NCBI GenBank assembly: GCA_963783375.1
Contig: CAWANH010000028.1
Location: forward strand, 1,920,001-1,984,000
Length of the DNA: 64,000 nt
Source: Candidatus Eiseniibacteriota bacterium
GTDB taxonomy: Bacteria; Eisenbacteria; RBG-16-71-46; JABDJR01
Direction of reading: 5' to 3'
Shown here: positions 9,280 to 18,191 of the stretch, in pieces
Layout of the letters: every line of letters begins with the position of its first letter
Position numbering within the stretch: position 1 is the first letter of the stretch
Notes under the pieces: model-generated
Database searches by the model: none
What the model was told of the DNA's origin: nothing
The model's input: only the letters and a program-made list of their open reading frames with translations
Translations under genes and position numbers: made by a program

Positions 9280-9776
9280 AGAAGGTGATCCTCATCGCCG
9301 CGGCGGCGTTCCTGCTCTCCACCGCGGGGGGAGTGGGGGGGCGCATGCTTCTGGCCCCGTCCCGGGGAGGCGAGGCGGCCCCGGCGGAAGCCGCCGATGA
9401 CGGACCCCCGAAGCTCCCGAAGGAGGCGGTGAAAGCGGCGATCGCCGAGGCCTCGGAGAGCGCGCCCGCCGGCCACCCGGAAGCGGCGACGCCGGTGGAG
9501 TCGTCGAAGCCGTCCCCCCCGAAAGCGGCCCCGGCCCACGCGGCCCGGAGCGCCGATCCGGCGGGGATGGAGTTTCAGGAGATGGCCCGCATCCTCTCGA
9601 GCATGAATCCCGACGAGGCGGCGATCTTCATCTCCCACCTCGACGCGTCCCAGGGGCTGGGCATCCTCCGCTCGATGACCGTGCGGGATGCGGTGGTCAT
9701 TCTGGGCCGGCTTCCCGACAACCGCGCCGATGCGCTTCGCAAGCGTCTTCTCGACTTCACCGCGGAGGGCCGATGA
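9276..9776 (+). CDS. MotE/MgtE_N-like flagellar protein
   Basis: N-terminal TM, then ARILSSMNPDEAA...IL.SM...A..IL helical repeats; usual slot between fliJ and fliK. Confidence 0.65.
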   Translation: MKKVILIAAAAFLLSTAGGVGGRMLLAPSRGGEAAPAEAADDGPPKLPKEAVKAAIAEASESAPAGHPEAATPVESSKPSPPKAAPAHAARSADPAGMEFQEMARILSSMNPDEAAIFISHLDASQGLGILRSMTVRDAVVILGRLPDNRADALRKRLLDFTAEGR

Positions 9777-10786
9777 GCATGATCAGCGGTTTCGGCGGCG
9801 CCGCCGCCGGTGCGTCTTCGGAGCCGACGGCCGCGACGGATCGTGGCGAGGACCGGGCCCGCTTCGGGCTCGCCCTGTGGCTGGCCTTGACCGCCCCCCT
9901 CTCCGACGCCCTGTTCGGGCTCGGCGGCGCGTCCGCGCCGGGAGGGGGGAGCGGACGGAGCTCCGCGGATGGGTTCGCGTCCCGCTCCGCACCCGGCGAT
10001 TCCTTCAGCTCCCGCGACCGTTCCGGGATCGGCGCCGGTCCGCCCCGGTCGCCCGACCCTCCGGGGTCGGACGGTGGTGCGCGGGAACGGGGGGATCCGG
10101 GGCGGAGCGCGGATCGGGTGGAACGATCGGAGCGGGCCGGGACTCCCGGCTCGTCCTCCGAGCCCGGGTCGCCGCCTCCGTCCGCAACGACCGCCGCCGG
10201 GCGGGACGGACGATCGGGAGCGGCCGCCGCGGCCGCGGTCTCCGGTCGGACGGGGACCGCCTCGGCGGAGCCGGCCGGCCGGATCACCGTGGTCGGGAGC
10301 GTCCGGGGCATCGGGGCCCGGACCGGCGCGCCGGCCAAGGCCGTCGGAGCGGCGCCCGGGGAGGCCGGGGAAGCTGCCGTCGCCCGCGCCCAGAAGCTGG
10401 CCGGGAAGGCCGGTCGCTCTTCCGGTTTCGTGCTGGTTCCCTTCCAGGACGAGGCGGGAGCCGAAGGGCGGGTCCGGCTCTCGGTCCGGGGGAGCGCCCT
10501 CAACGCCACCATTCTTTCCTCCGACCGCGACACGGTCGAGCGCCTGGGGCGGCGGCTCGGCGATCTCCATCGCGCGCTCGCCGCCCGGGGATTCACCGCG
10601 GCTCAGCTGAGCGTGCGGGAGAGTCGCACCCCGGCCTCGGCTCCCGGCCGGCCCGCGCCCCAGGACGATCCGGGGCGCTCGGGCCGGAACCATCCCGAGC
10701 GGGACCCCCATCAGCAGGGCGACCACCGGTCGTCCGAGGATTCCGTCCGCTTCACCTTCGACACAAGGCAGGTGCATCGTGATTGA
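9773..10786 (+). CDS. fliK: Flagellar hook-length control protein FliK
   Basis: Low-complexity body, C-terminal GRVRLSVRG...L.R.LAARG domain; precedes flgD. Confidence 0.7.
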   Translation: MSMISGFGGAAAGASSEPTAATDRGEDRARFGLALWLALTAPLSDALFGLGGASAPGGGSGRSSADGFASRSAPGDSFSSRDRSGIGAGPPRSPDPPGSDGGARERGDPGRSADRVERSERAGTPGSSSEPGSPPPSATTAAGRDGRSGAAAAAAVSGRTGTASAEPAGRITVVGSVRGIGARTGAPAKAVGAAPGEAGEAAVARAQKLAGKAGRSSGFVLVPFQDEAGAEGRVRLSVRGSALNATILSSDRDTVERLGRRLGDLHRALAARGFTAAQLSVRESRTPASAPGRPAPQDDPGRSGRNHPERDPHQQGDHRSSEDSVRFTFDTRQVHRD

Positions 10787-11450
10787 CTCCACCACGTCCA
10801 CGCGCCCCGTCACCGGCGGGGCCACCGGCGCCGGCTCTCCGGGGGCCATGGGCCGCGACGATTTCATGAACCTTCTCGTCACCCAGCTCCGGCACCAGGA
10901 CCCCATGAATCCCCTGCAGCCGTCGGAGTTCGCATCCCAGCTCGCCAGCTTCACCAGCGTGGACAAGCTGGGGCAGCTCAACGACGGGATGGCCCAGCAG
11001 CTCGCGAGCCTCCAGCTCGCCACGGTGATGAGCCAGACCAGTTTCAGCGCCTCCCTCATCGGCCGGTCGATCCTGGCCGAGGGGAACCGGGTGGAAGTTC
11101 CCGAGGACGGGAAGGGAAAGGTGACGGTGGACGTGGGCGACGGCGGTGGAAAGGGAGTGCTCAAGGTCTTCGACTCTTCCGGGAAGGAAGTCGGGAGCCG
11201 CGAGATCGATTCGCTCGCCGCCGGCCGGCAGACCATCGACCTCCCCGGCGATCTCTCCGCGGGGACCTATACCTACAGCCTGGAGGTGACCGACCCCGAC
11301 GGCGGAGCGGTCTCCGTCCACACCTATCTCAACGGCACGGTGGACCGCGTCCTCTTCGAGGACGGGAGGATCGTGCTCAAGGTCGGCGACATGAGCGTCG
11401 ACCTCGAGGCCCTGGCCGAGATCGGCTCGGGAACCGCGAACGAGTCCTAG
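10779..11450 (+). CDS. flgD: Flagellar hook capping protein FlgD
   Basis: DDFMNLLVTQLRHQDPMNP, FASQLA. Confidence 0.95.
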   Translation: MIDSTTSTRPVTGGATGAGSPGAMGRDDFMNLLVTQLRHQDPMNPLQPSEFASQLASFTSVDKLGQLNDGMAQQLASLQLATVMSQTSFSASLIGRSILAEGNRVEVPEDGKGKVTVDVGDGGGKGVLKVFDSSGKEVGSREIDSLAAGRQTIDLPGDLSAGTYTYSLEVTDPDGGAVSVHTYLNGTVDRVLFEDGRIVLKVGDMSVDLEALAEIGSGTANES

Positions 11451-11477
11451 CATCCTGCCCAGGAAGGAACACTGATC

Positions 11478-12719
11478 ATGCTACGCGCACTCTTGTCCGG
11501 AATGTCGGGGCTCAAGAGCCACCAGCTCCGCATGGACGTCATCGGCGACAACATCGCCAACGCGAACACCGTGGGGTTCAAGGCCTCGCGGGTCACCTTC
11601 GAGAACGGCTTCGCCCAGCTCCTGGCCGCGGCCACCGCGGGCGACGCGGGCTCGGGGGGCACCGCGCCCCGCCAGGTGGGAAGCGGAGTCCGGGTGGGGG
11701 CGGTGGATCCCCGCTTCACCCAGGGCTCGCTGGAAGCCACCGGGCGGCCGCTCGACCTGGCCATCCAGGGGGACGCGTTCTTCGTGCTCGGGGACGGCGG
11801 GAAGACGGCGTACAGCCGGGCGGGGAACTTCGGCGTGGACGGCGCGGGACGGCTCGTCCTGGGGGGGACGGGCTACGTGCTCCAGGGGATGGCCGCCGAC
11901 GCCTCGGGGAACGTGACCGGCCCCGCGGGGGATCTCGTCCTTCCCCTCGACCAGCCGTCGCCTCCGCGAAAGACGACCCAGATCACCGTGACCGGGAACC
12001 TAGACGCGTCGGCCGAAGCCGGCGCTACCCATACCATGAACGTGACGGTCTACGACGGTGCAGGGCGTCCCTACGATCTCACCCTCACCTTCACCGCCCA
12101 GGGAGACGGCAGCTGGACCTGGGACGCCAAGGGGGACGAGGGGAGCGGGGTGGACGTCACGGGGGGGACGGTGACATTCGACCCCGACGGCGCCATGACC
12201 GACCTCACCTACCCCGGCGGGGCCAAGGGCCTCAGCCTGAGTCCCCCCGGCGGCGGAGAGGTCACCTTCGAACTCGTGGCCGGGGGGAGCGGCGGCCAGG
12301 GCTTCACCTCCACCGCCGGGAACTCCACCGCGGCGGTGAGCGCCCAGGACGGACGCCAGGCCGGAGCGTTGACCAACCTCACCATCGGAAACGACGGCAC
12401 CATCCAGGGGATCTACGACAACGGCGAAACCCGGAGCCTGGGCCGGATCGCGCTGGCCACCTTCGCCAACCCTGCGGGGCTGGCCCGGGAGGGCGGGAAC
12501 GTCTTCTCGGCCTCGGCGGACTCGGGGGCGGCGGTGGTGGGAGCCCCCGGCGAGGTCTCGGGGTCGGCGGTGATCTCGGGGGCCCTCGAAGGGTCCAACG
12601 TGGACATCTCCCAGGAGTTCACCGACATGATCGTCACCCAGCGGGGGTTTCAGGCCAGCGCACGGGTGGTGACCATCGCCGACCAGCTTCTCGGCGAGCT
12701 GATCAACCTGCGGCGGTAG
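11478..12719 (+). CDS. flgE: Flagellar hook protein FlgE
   Basis: SGL...Q.RMDVIGDNIAN.NTVGFK, DLAIQGD.FF, LEGSNVDISQEFTDMI.TQRGFQA. Confidence 0.95.
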   Translation: MLRALLSGMSGLKSHQLRMDVIGDNIANANTVGFKASRVTFENGFAQLLAAATAGDAGSGGTAPRQVGSGVRVGAVDPRFTQGSLEATGRPLDLAIQGDAFFVLGDGGKTAYSRAGNFGVDGAGRLVLGGTGYVLQGMAADASGNVTGPAGDLVLPLDQPSPPRKTTQITVTGNLDASAEAGATHTMNVTVYDGAGRPYDLTLTFTAQGDGSWTWDAKGDEGSGVDVTGGTVTFDPDGAMTDLTYPGGAKGLSLSPPGGGEVTFELVAGGSGGQGFTSTAGNSTAAVSAQDGRQAGALTNLTIGNDGTIQGIYDNGETRSLGRIALATFANPAGLAREGGNVFSASADSGAAVVGAPGEVSGSAVISGALEGSNVDISQEFTDMIVTQRGFQASARVVTIADQLLGELINLRR

Positions 12720-12762
12720 CCGCTCCGTCCCGGGAGGCCGTCCGGAAAAGGGCGGCTTCCGG

Positions 12763-12798
12763 GGTGGATGATTTCCGCCCCCCCGGCAAATCCTTCCG
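12763..12798. promoter_or_regulatory. Palindromic box plus phased half site (putative UAS for fliL)
   Basis: CGGCAA-ATC-CTTCCG (12784-12798) and a half site ending TTTCCG 21 bp earlier. Confidence 0.5.
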
Positions 12799-12947
12799 GC
12801 GGACCGGCGGCCTCAGGCCGCCGGCCGCCCCACGCCGTCCCCTGCGGCTCCACCCGGACCCGCCGCGGCCGTTCTAATCCATTACCAAACAACAGGTTAA
12901 ATAAAGCTTGCCCCGGGCCGTGGTCTTCGCCCCTCCGAGGGCGCCGA

Positions 12948-12963
12948 TGGCATGCCGGTTGCT
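12948..12963 (+). promoter_or_regulatory. Sigma54 promoter of the fliL operon
   Basis: TGGCATGCCGGTTGCT, GG-N10-GC; AT-rich IHF-like tract at about 12872-12906. Confidence 0.8.
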
Positions 12964-13007
12964 TTTTGCGACGCGGATTGCAGGTTCCCGAACCAAGGAG
13001 TCGTGGC

Positions 13008-13532
13008 ATGGCCGAGTTGGAAGTGGTCACAGAGGATGCTCCCGCCGAGACGCCGCCCGCCGCGGGCCCCGCGCGCGTGGTGAAGATGGCCATCGTGGCC
13101 GGCGCGGTGGCGCTGGGTCTGGCCGCGGGCGCGCTCGGAGTGGCGCCGCGGCTTCTCTCCGGCACGCCCGCTTCGTCCGAATCGGCGTCCGCGGACAAGA
13201 GTGCAAAGAAAAAGGCGGGCAAGACCGGTGAAGCGGAGGTCGTCGAGCTCAAGAGCCTGGTCACCAACCCCGCCGGCGCGGAAGGGCAGCACTTCATCAT
13301 GGCCACGGTGGCCCTGAAGACCCACGACCGCGAGGCCGCGGCCTACCTCCAGAACAACGAGACCCTGGTGAAGGACGCGGTGGTGGGCACCCTCTCCTCA
13401 TTGAGCATGGATGATCTGAGCCGCCCGGACGCCCGGGAGCGAATCAAGACCCTGATCGCCGGACGGGCCGGCGAGCTGGTGGATCACCCGGACGCGTTCA
13501 TCGTCTACCTTCCCGAGTTCGTGGTTCAGTGA
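13008..13532 (+). CDS. fliL: Flagellar basal body-associated protein FliL
   Basis: AAGGAG RBS, single TM, LVTNPA, VYLPEFVVQ C-terminus. Confidence 0.9.
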   Translation: MAELEVVTEDAPAETPPAAGPARVVKMAIVAGAVALGLAAGALGVAPRLLSGTPASSESASADKSAKKKAGKTGEAEVVELKSLVTNPAGAEGQHFIMATVALKTHDREAAAYLQNNETLVKDAVVGTLSSLSMDDLSRPDARERIKTLIAGRAGELVDHPDAFIVYLPEFVVQ

Positions 13533-14527
13533 TGGCGCGCCACGAGATCCTGGATCAAAAAGGGGTGGACGCGCTCTTCGGGCTCGGGATCGTCGAGGAT
13601 CCCGCCTCGGTCGAAGCGCGCCCCTACGACTTCCTCCGTCCCGCCCGCCTGGGACGGGAGGCCCGTCGAGCCCTCGACGGGGTCCATCAGGCACTCGTCG
13701 AATCCCTGGTGAAGTCGCTCTCTCTCCTCCTCAAGACTCCGGTGGAGCTGGAGTCGATGGGGAGCGAGAACGTGTCCTTCGTCGAGCTGGCGACGTCCCT
13801 GGGTGATCCCGCCGCCACCTGGACCTTTCCCGCCGGCGGGGCCCTCGGGCTCGTGGACTTCGATGTCGAAGCCGGCCTGGCCATGATCGATCGGCTTCTG
13901 GGTGGCCCGGATCACACGGGAACCGCGGGGCGCCGGCTCACCGCGATCGAACAGGGGATCCTTCGCCGTCCCACGGAACGGGTGCTCGCCGCCCTCGGAG
14001 TCGCCTGGGGCGACCGGTTGACGGTGGGTGATTCCCTCCTGGCCTTCTCTTCCCGTCCGGCCCAGTCCCGGATCGCGGGGCCGGAGGACCGGTTCCTGAC
14101 CACCCTCTTTCGGATCCGGGCGGGGATGACCGAGGGCACGCTGACCGTGGCCCTGCCCTACGTCGCGGTGGAGGAGGCCCTGGACCAGGACACCGAGACG
14201 GCGCCGGTCCCGGTGGCGGAGACGAAGCCGGCGGCGGATCCGGGGGCCATCTTCGCCTCGGATCTCAAGGCCGCCCGCGTCGCGGTGAAGGTGAGGTTGC
14301 CCGCCTTCGGTCTCGCGATCGGGGATCTCTCGAAGCTCGACGCGGGACAGGTCCTGGACACCCTCCACGGCCCGGAGGCTCCGGTGGTGATTCTCGTCAA
14401 CGGCCGCCCCCTGTTTCGGGGAGCGGTGGGAAGCGTTCGCGGCCGGGTGGGCATCCGGATCGTGGACACCGTCGAACCGTCGGCCCCGCGGGGGCCGGTC
14501 GCCTTGAAGCAAGGGAGAGTGCTGTGA
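13529..14527 (+). CDS. fliM: Flagellar motor switch protein FliM
   Basis: EILDQ..VDAL CheY-binding peptide, YDF.RP, IDRLLGG, RRLTAIE, C-terminal SpoA domain. Confidence 0.9.
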   Translation: MMARHEILDQKGVDALFGLGIVEDPASVEARPYDFLRPARLGREARRALDGVHQALVESLVKSLSLLLKTPVELESMGSENVSFVELATSLGDPAATWTFPAGGALGLVDFDVEAGLAMIDRLLGGPDHTGTAGRRLTAIEQGILRRPTERVLAALGVAWGDRLTVGDSLLAFSSRPAQSRIAGPEDRFLTTLFRIRAGMTEGTLTVALPYVAVEEALDQDTETAPVPVAETKPAADPGAIFASDLKAARVAVKVRLPAFGLAIGDLSKLDAGQVLDTLHGPEAPVVILVNGRPLFRGAVGSVRGRVGIRIVDTVEPSAPRGPVALKQGRVL

Positions 14528-14877
14528 CCGCTGAACCGATGTCTTCCACGCCGGAACCGCTGGAGCCCGAAGCCGCCGCATCGCAGGGCGGGGAGGTTGC
14601 GGGGGGCGTTTCGGCCCGGACCCTGAACCTGGACGCGCTCCTCGACGTGTCCATGCCGGTGAGCGTCGAGATCGGCCGGACCGACATGACGTTGAGCGAC
14701 GTCGCCGCGCTCCGGACGGGATCGATCTTCCCCCTCGATCGCCTGGTCGGCGAGCCGGTGGACGTGCTGGTGGGGGAACGCAAGCTGGCCGAAGCCGAGG
14801 TCGTCGTGGTGGGAGACCATCTCGGCGTTCGGATCGTGAGGGTCACCGCGGGCCCCGCCGCCGGAGGAACCCTGTGA
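14524..14877 (+). CDS. fliN: Flagellar motor switch protein FliN
   Basis: LLDV...VSVEIGRT, GEPVDVLV, EVVVV....GVRI. Confidence 0.92.
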   Translation: MTAEPMSSTPEPLEPEAAASQGGEVAGGVSARTLNLDALLDVSMPVSVEIGRTDMTLSDVAALRTGSIFPLDRLVGEPVDVLVGERKLAEAEVVVVGDHLGVRIVRVTAGPAAGGTL

Positions 14878-16007
14878 TCGGATCCGGCGTTCCCGGCGCG
14901 CTTGCCGCGCTGGGGGTGACCCTGGCCCTGCTCTTTCTGGCCGTCCAGCTCCTGAAACGCTTTCAGGGGACGTCCCCTCGCGGAGCGGCCGGGCACGTCC
15001 CGCTCCGGCTTCTGAAGCGGACCCCGTTGGGTCCCCGCCAGGGAGTGGGGCTCCTCCAGGTGGGGAACCGCGTGATCGTGGTCTCCATGGGTGAGAGCGG
15101 ATCCCGGTACCTGACCGAGCTCGAAGGGGAGGATCTGGTCGGAGTGCTCGAGGACTCGAAGCCGGAGGCGGGCAAGGGAACGGCGCGGGGACGGGGGCTT
15201 CTCGGAAAGCTACTTCCCGTGGTCGCGGTCATGGTCCTGGGAGCGGCCCTGGCCGCGGGCCCGGTCCTGGCCCAGAGCCCGCCGCCCGAGCCGGCTCCGG
15301 CCGCGCCGACCGTGGACGCCCTGACCGGGCTCGGTCCGCCGGTGAACGTGAGCGTAGGCCAGGGGAGCGACCAGGTCCGGTTCTCCGGCGCGGTGGGGGT
15401 GGTGGTGTTCATCGGAGCGCTCACCCTGCTTCCGGCGATCCTCCTCCTCATGACCAGCTTCACCCGGATCCTGGTGGTCCTCCAGTTCCTGCGTCCGGCC
15501 ATGGGCACCCAGAACACGCCGCCGGTGCAGCTTCTGGTTGCGCTCTCCCTCCTCCTCACCGGGTTGGTGATGGGGCCGGTGCTGCAGAAGGTCAACACCG
15601 CCGCGGTGCAACCCTACATGCGGGGCGAGATGGACCAGGCCGGGGCGCTCAGCGCCGGCATCCAGCCCTTCCGGGAATTCATGCTGGCCAACACCGGCCA
15701 GAAGGATCTCCTGCTCTTCACCCAGCTCGCCCATCTCGACGACGTGGCCTCGCCCGAGGACGTTCCCACCCTCACCCTGGCCTCGGCCTTCGTGACCAGC
15801 GAGCTTCGGACCGCGTTCCAGATGGGTTTCATGATCTTCATCCCGTTCATCGTGGTGGACCTCATCGTGGCCTCGGTGCTCATGAGCCTGGGGATGTTCA
15901 TGCTCCCCCCCATGATGGTCTCCCTGCCCTTCAAACTTCTCCTCTTCGTGCTCGCCGACGGGTGGACCCTGGTGGTCAAGAACCTCGTCATGAGCTTCGG
16001 GTCATGA
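14874..16007 (+). CDS. fliP: FliO-FliP fusion protein
   Basis: N-terminal about 90 aa FliO-like (TM + TPLGPRQGVGLLQVG), in frame with FliP (MTSFTRI, ELRTAFQMGF, LPFKLLLFVLADGW). Confidence 0.88.
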   Translation: MIGSGVPGALAALGVTLALLFLAVQLLKRFQGTSPRGAAGHVPLRLLKRTPLGPRQGVGLLQVGNRVIVVSMGESGSRYLTELEGEDLVGVLEDSKPEAGKGTARGRGLLGKLLPVVAVMVLGAALAAGPVLAQSPPPEPAPAAPTVDALTGLGPPVNVSVGQGSDQVRFSGAVGVVVFIGALTLLPAILLLMTSFTRILVVLQFLRPAMGTQNTPPVQLLVALSLLLTGLVMGPVLQKVNTAAVQPYMRGEMDQAGALSAGIQPFREFMLANTGQKDLLLFTQLAHLDDVASPEDVPTLTLASAFVTSELRTAFQMGFMIFIPFIVVDLIVASVLMSLGMFMLPPMMVSLPFKLLLFVLADGWTLVVKNLVMSFGS

Positions 16008-16010
16008 GCC

Positions 16011-16283
16011 ATGTCCGCTGATGCCGCCGTCGAAATCGTCCGCCGGGCCATCATGATGGCGGTCACCGTCTCGGCCCCGCTTCTCCTGGTGTCCCTGGCC
16101 GTGGGGGTGGTGGTGAGCCTCGTTCAGGCGGTCACCCAGATCCAGGAGCAGACCCTGACCTTCATTCCCAAGATCCTGGCGGTGGGGATCGTCTTTCTTC
16201 TCATGCTGCCCTGGATCCTGGACCGGCTGATCGGCTATCTCGCCGGATCGATCGCCACCTTGGGGAGCCTCGCCTTCCGATGA
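16011..16283 (+). CDS. fliQ: Flagellar export protein FliQ
   Basis: QAVTQIQEQTLTFIPK. Confidence 0.97.
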   Translation: MSADAAVEIVRRAIMMAVTVSAPLLLVSLAVGVVVSLVQAVTQIQEQTLTFIPKILAVGIVFLLMLPWILDRLIGYLAGSIATLGSLAFR

Positions 16284-17068
16284 GCGGCACGATGATCGAC
16301 GCTCTCACCCCGGCGAACCTCCCCGTCTTCGCCTTCGTCCTCACCCGGGTGAGCGGGCTCATGACCGCGGCGCCCCTGTGGTCGATGAACGGCATACCCC
16401 GACAGATCCGGGTGGCGGTGACCGTGCTCCTCAGCCTGGTTCTCCTCCCCCTGGTTCCACAGACCCAGACTCCCGATTCCCTCGCCCTCCTCCCGGTGGG
16501 GATGGCGGTGGAGTTCCTGCTGGGGCTCACCATCGGCCTTACCGCGGCGGTGCTGGTGCACGGGGCGGCGATGGCCGGCGAGGTGCTCTCGCTCCAGATG
16601 GGGCTCTCCCTGGGACCGGCGATCGCGCCGATGACCGATGTGAACGTCCCCGGCGTGGGCCAGTTCACGAGCTTCCTCTCCCTCATGGTCTACATCGCGG
16701 TGGGGGGGCATCTGATGCTGATCCGGGGGGTGGCCGAGAGCCTGCAGAGCCTTCCCCCCGGAGCCACCGGGATCCTCGGAGGGGCCTCGGTAGGGGCCGC
16801 CCTGCTGGGGACGGTCTACACCACCGCCCTGGCCACCGCCGCCCCGGCCATGGTGGCGCTCCTCGCGGTGAACGTGGCGGTGGGGATCACCAGCCGGGCG
16901 GTTCCCCAGCTCCCGGCCATCCTCGTCCTCTTCCCGGTCACCATCGGAGTCGGCCTTTTCGTATTCGGACTTTCCGTCCCCGCCCTGGGCTCGGTGACCA
17001 CGGGTTGGATGTCGGAACTCACCCAACGGGTGGCCGGCGCGCTTCACGCGCTGGCCCCGGCGCACTGA
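16280..17068 (+). CDS. fliR: Flagellar export protein FliR
   Basis: R..GL...AP, AGE....QMGL, GGHL, RAVPQL motifs. Confidence 0.93.
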   Translation: MSGTMIDALTPANLPVFAFVLTRVSGLMTAAPLWSMNGIPRQIRVAVTVLLSLVLLPLVPQTQTPDSLALLPVGMAVEFLLGLTIGLTAAVLVHGAAMAGEVLSLQMGLSLGPAIAPMTDVNVPGVGQFTSFLSLMVYIAVGGHLMLIRGVAESLQSLPPGATGILGGASVGAALLGTVYTTALATAAPAMVALLAVNVAVGITSRAVPQLPAILVLFPVTIGVGLFVFGLSVPALGSVTTGWMSELTQRVAGALHALAPAH

Positions 17069-17078
17069 GGCAAGCGGC

Positions 17079-18191
17079 ATGGCGGACGATCCCCAGAGCG
17101 GTCAGGAACGGACCGAGGAGCCCACCGCAAAGCGGCGGGCCCACGCCCGCGAAGAGGGAAAGGTGGCTCGGAGCGCCGAGCTCTCCTCGGCGGTGGTGGT
17201 GCTCGCCTCCGCGGCCGCCCTGGCTTCGGTGGGGGGGAAGGCCTTCGGCGATTTCCCGCGCCGACTCCTCGAGGAGTGCTGGGGCGCGATGTCCTCCGGC
17301 CAGCTGGGGCCGGGAGGGGCGGCCGGCCTCCTTCGCATGGCGGTCGGCGGCTTCCTCACCACTTTCTTCGTCTTCGCCGGCGTGGTGACCACGATGGTGG
17401 TCCTGGTGAACGTGCTTCAGGCCCGCGGGGTCATGAGCTTGCAGCCGGTCTCGCCCAAGCTCTCCCATCTGAACCCGCTCCAGGGGGTCAAGCGGCTGTT
17501 CAGTCCGGAGGCGCTCTTCACCGGGTTCAAGGCGGTCCTGAAACTCGCGGCCATCGGGTTCGTGACCTGGTTCGTGGTGGGGCGGACCCTCACCGACCTC
17601 CTGGCCCTGGCCGGCGCCGGCCCCGGTCTGGTCGTGGCCACCGTGCGGCACGTATTGCTCCGGCTGGCCGTGGTGCTGGGCACCGCCTACCTGGCCCTGG
17701 CCGCGATCGACTACGCCTGGCAGCGCTTCCGGATGGAGAAGAGCCTTCGCATGAGCCTCCAGGAAGTGCAGCACGAGCGGAAGGACAGCGAGGGGAATCC
17801 CCAGGTCAAGGCCCGGGTCCAGGCCCTGGCCCGAAGCTTCGCCCGGCGTCGCATGCTCCACCAGGTGCCGAACGCGGACGTGGTGGTGGCCAACCCCACC
17901 CACATCGCGGTGGCCTTGAAATACGACACCTCGGTCTCCGCGGCGCCGGTGGTCCTGGCCATGGGCCAGCGCAAGCTCGCCGAACGGATCAAGCGGATCG
18001 CTCGCAAGGCCGACGTCCCGGTGGTGGAGAACCGCGAGGTGGCCCGCGCCCTCCTCGCCACCGCCAAGGTGGGCCAGCCCATTCCACCCGCCCTCTACGC
18101 GGCGGTGGCCGAGATCCTGGCCTTCGTCTACCGCCGGAGATACGGCGGGCGTCTTCCCAGCACTGAACTCGTTCCCGGGAGGGTCTCGTGA
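17079..18191 (+). CDS. flhB: Flagellar export protein FlhB
   Basis: RTEEPT.KR...AREEG, EGNPQVK, NPTH autocleavage site. Confidence 0.97.
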   Translation: MADDPQSGQERTEEPTAKRRAHAREEGKVARSAELSSAVVVLASAAALASVGGKAFGDFPRRLLEECWGAMSSGQLGPGGAAGLLRMAVGGFLTTFFVFAGVVTTMVVLVNVLQARGVMSLQPVSPKLSHLNPLQGVKRLFSPEALFTGFKAVLKLAAIGFVTWFVVGRTLTDLLALAGAGPGLVVATVRHVLLRLAVVLGTAYLALAAIDYAWQRFRMEKSLRMSLQEVQHERKDSEGNPQVKARVQALARSFARRRMLHQVPNADVVVANPTHIAVALKYDTSVSAAPVVLAMGQRKLAERIKRIARKADVPVVENREVARALLATAKVGQPIPPALYAAVAEILAFVYRRRYGGRLPSTELVPGRVS

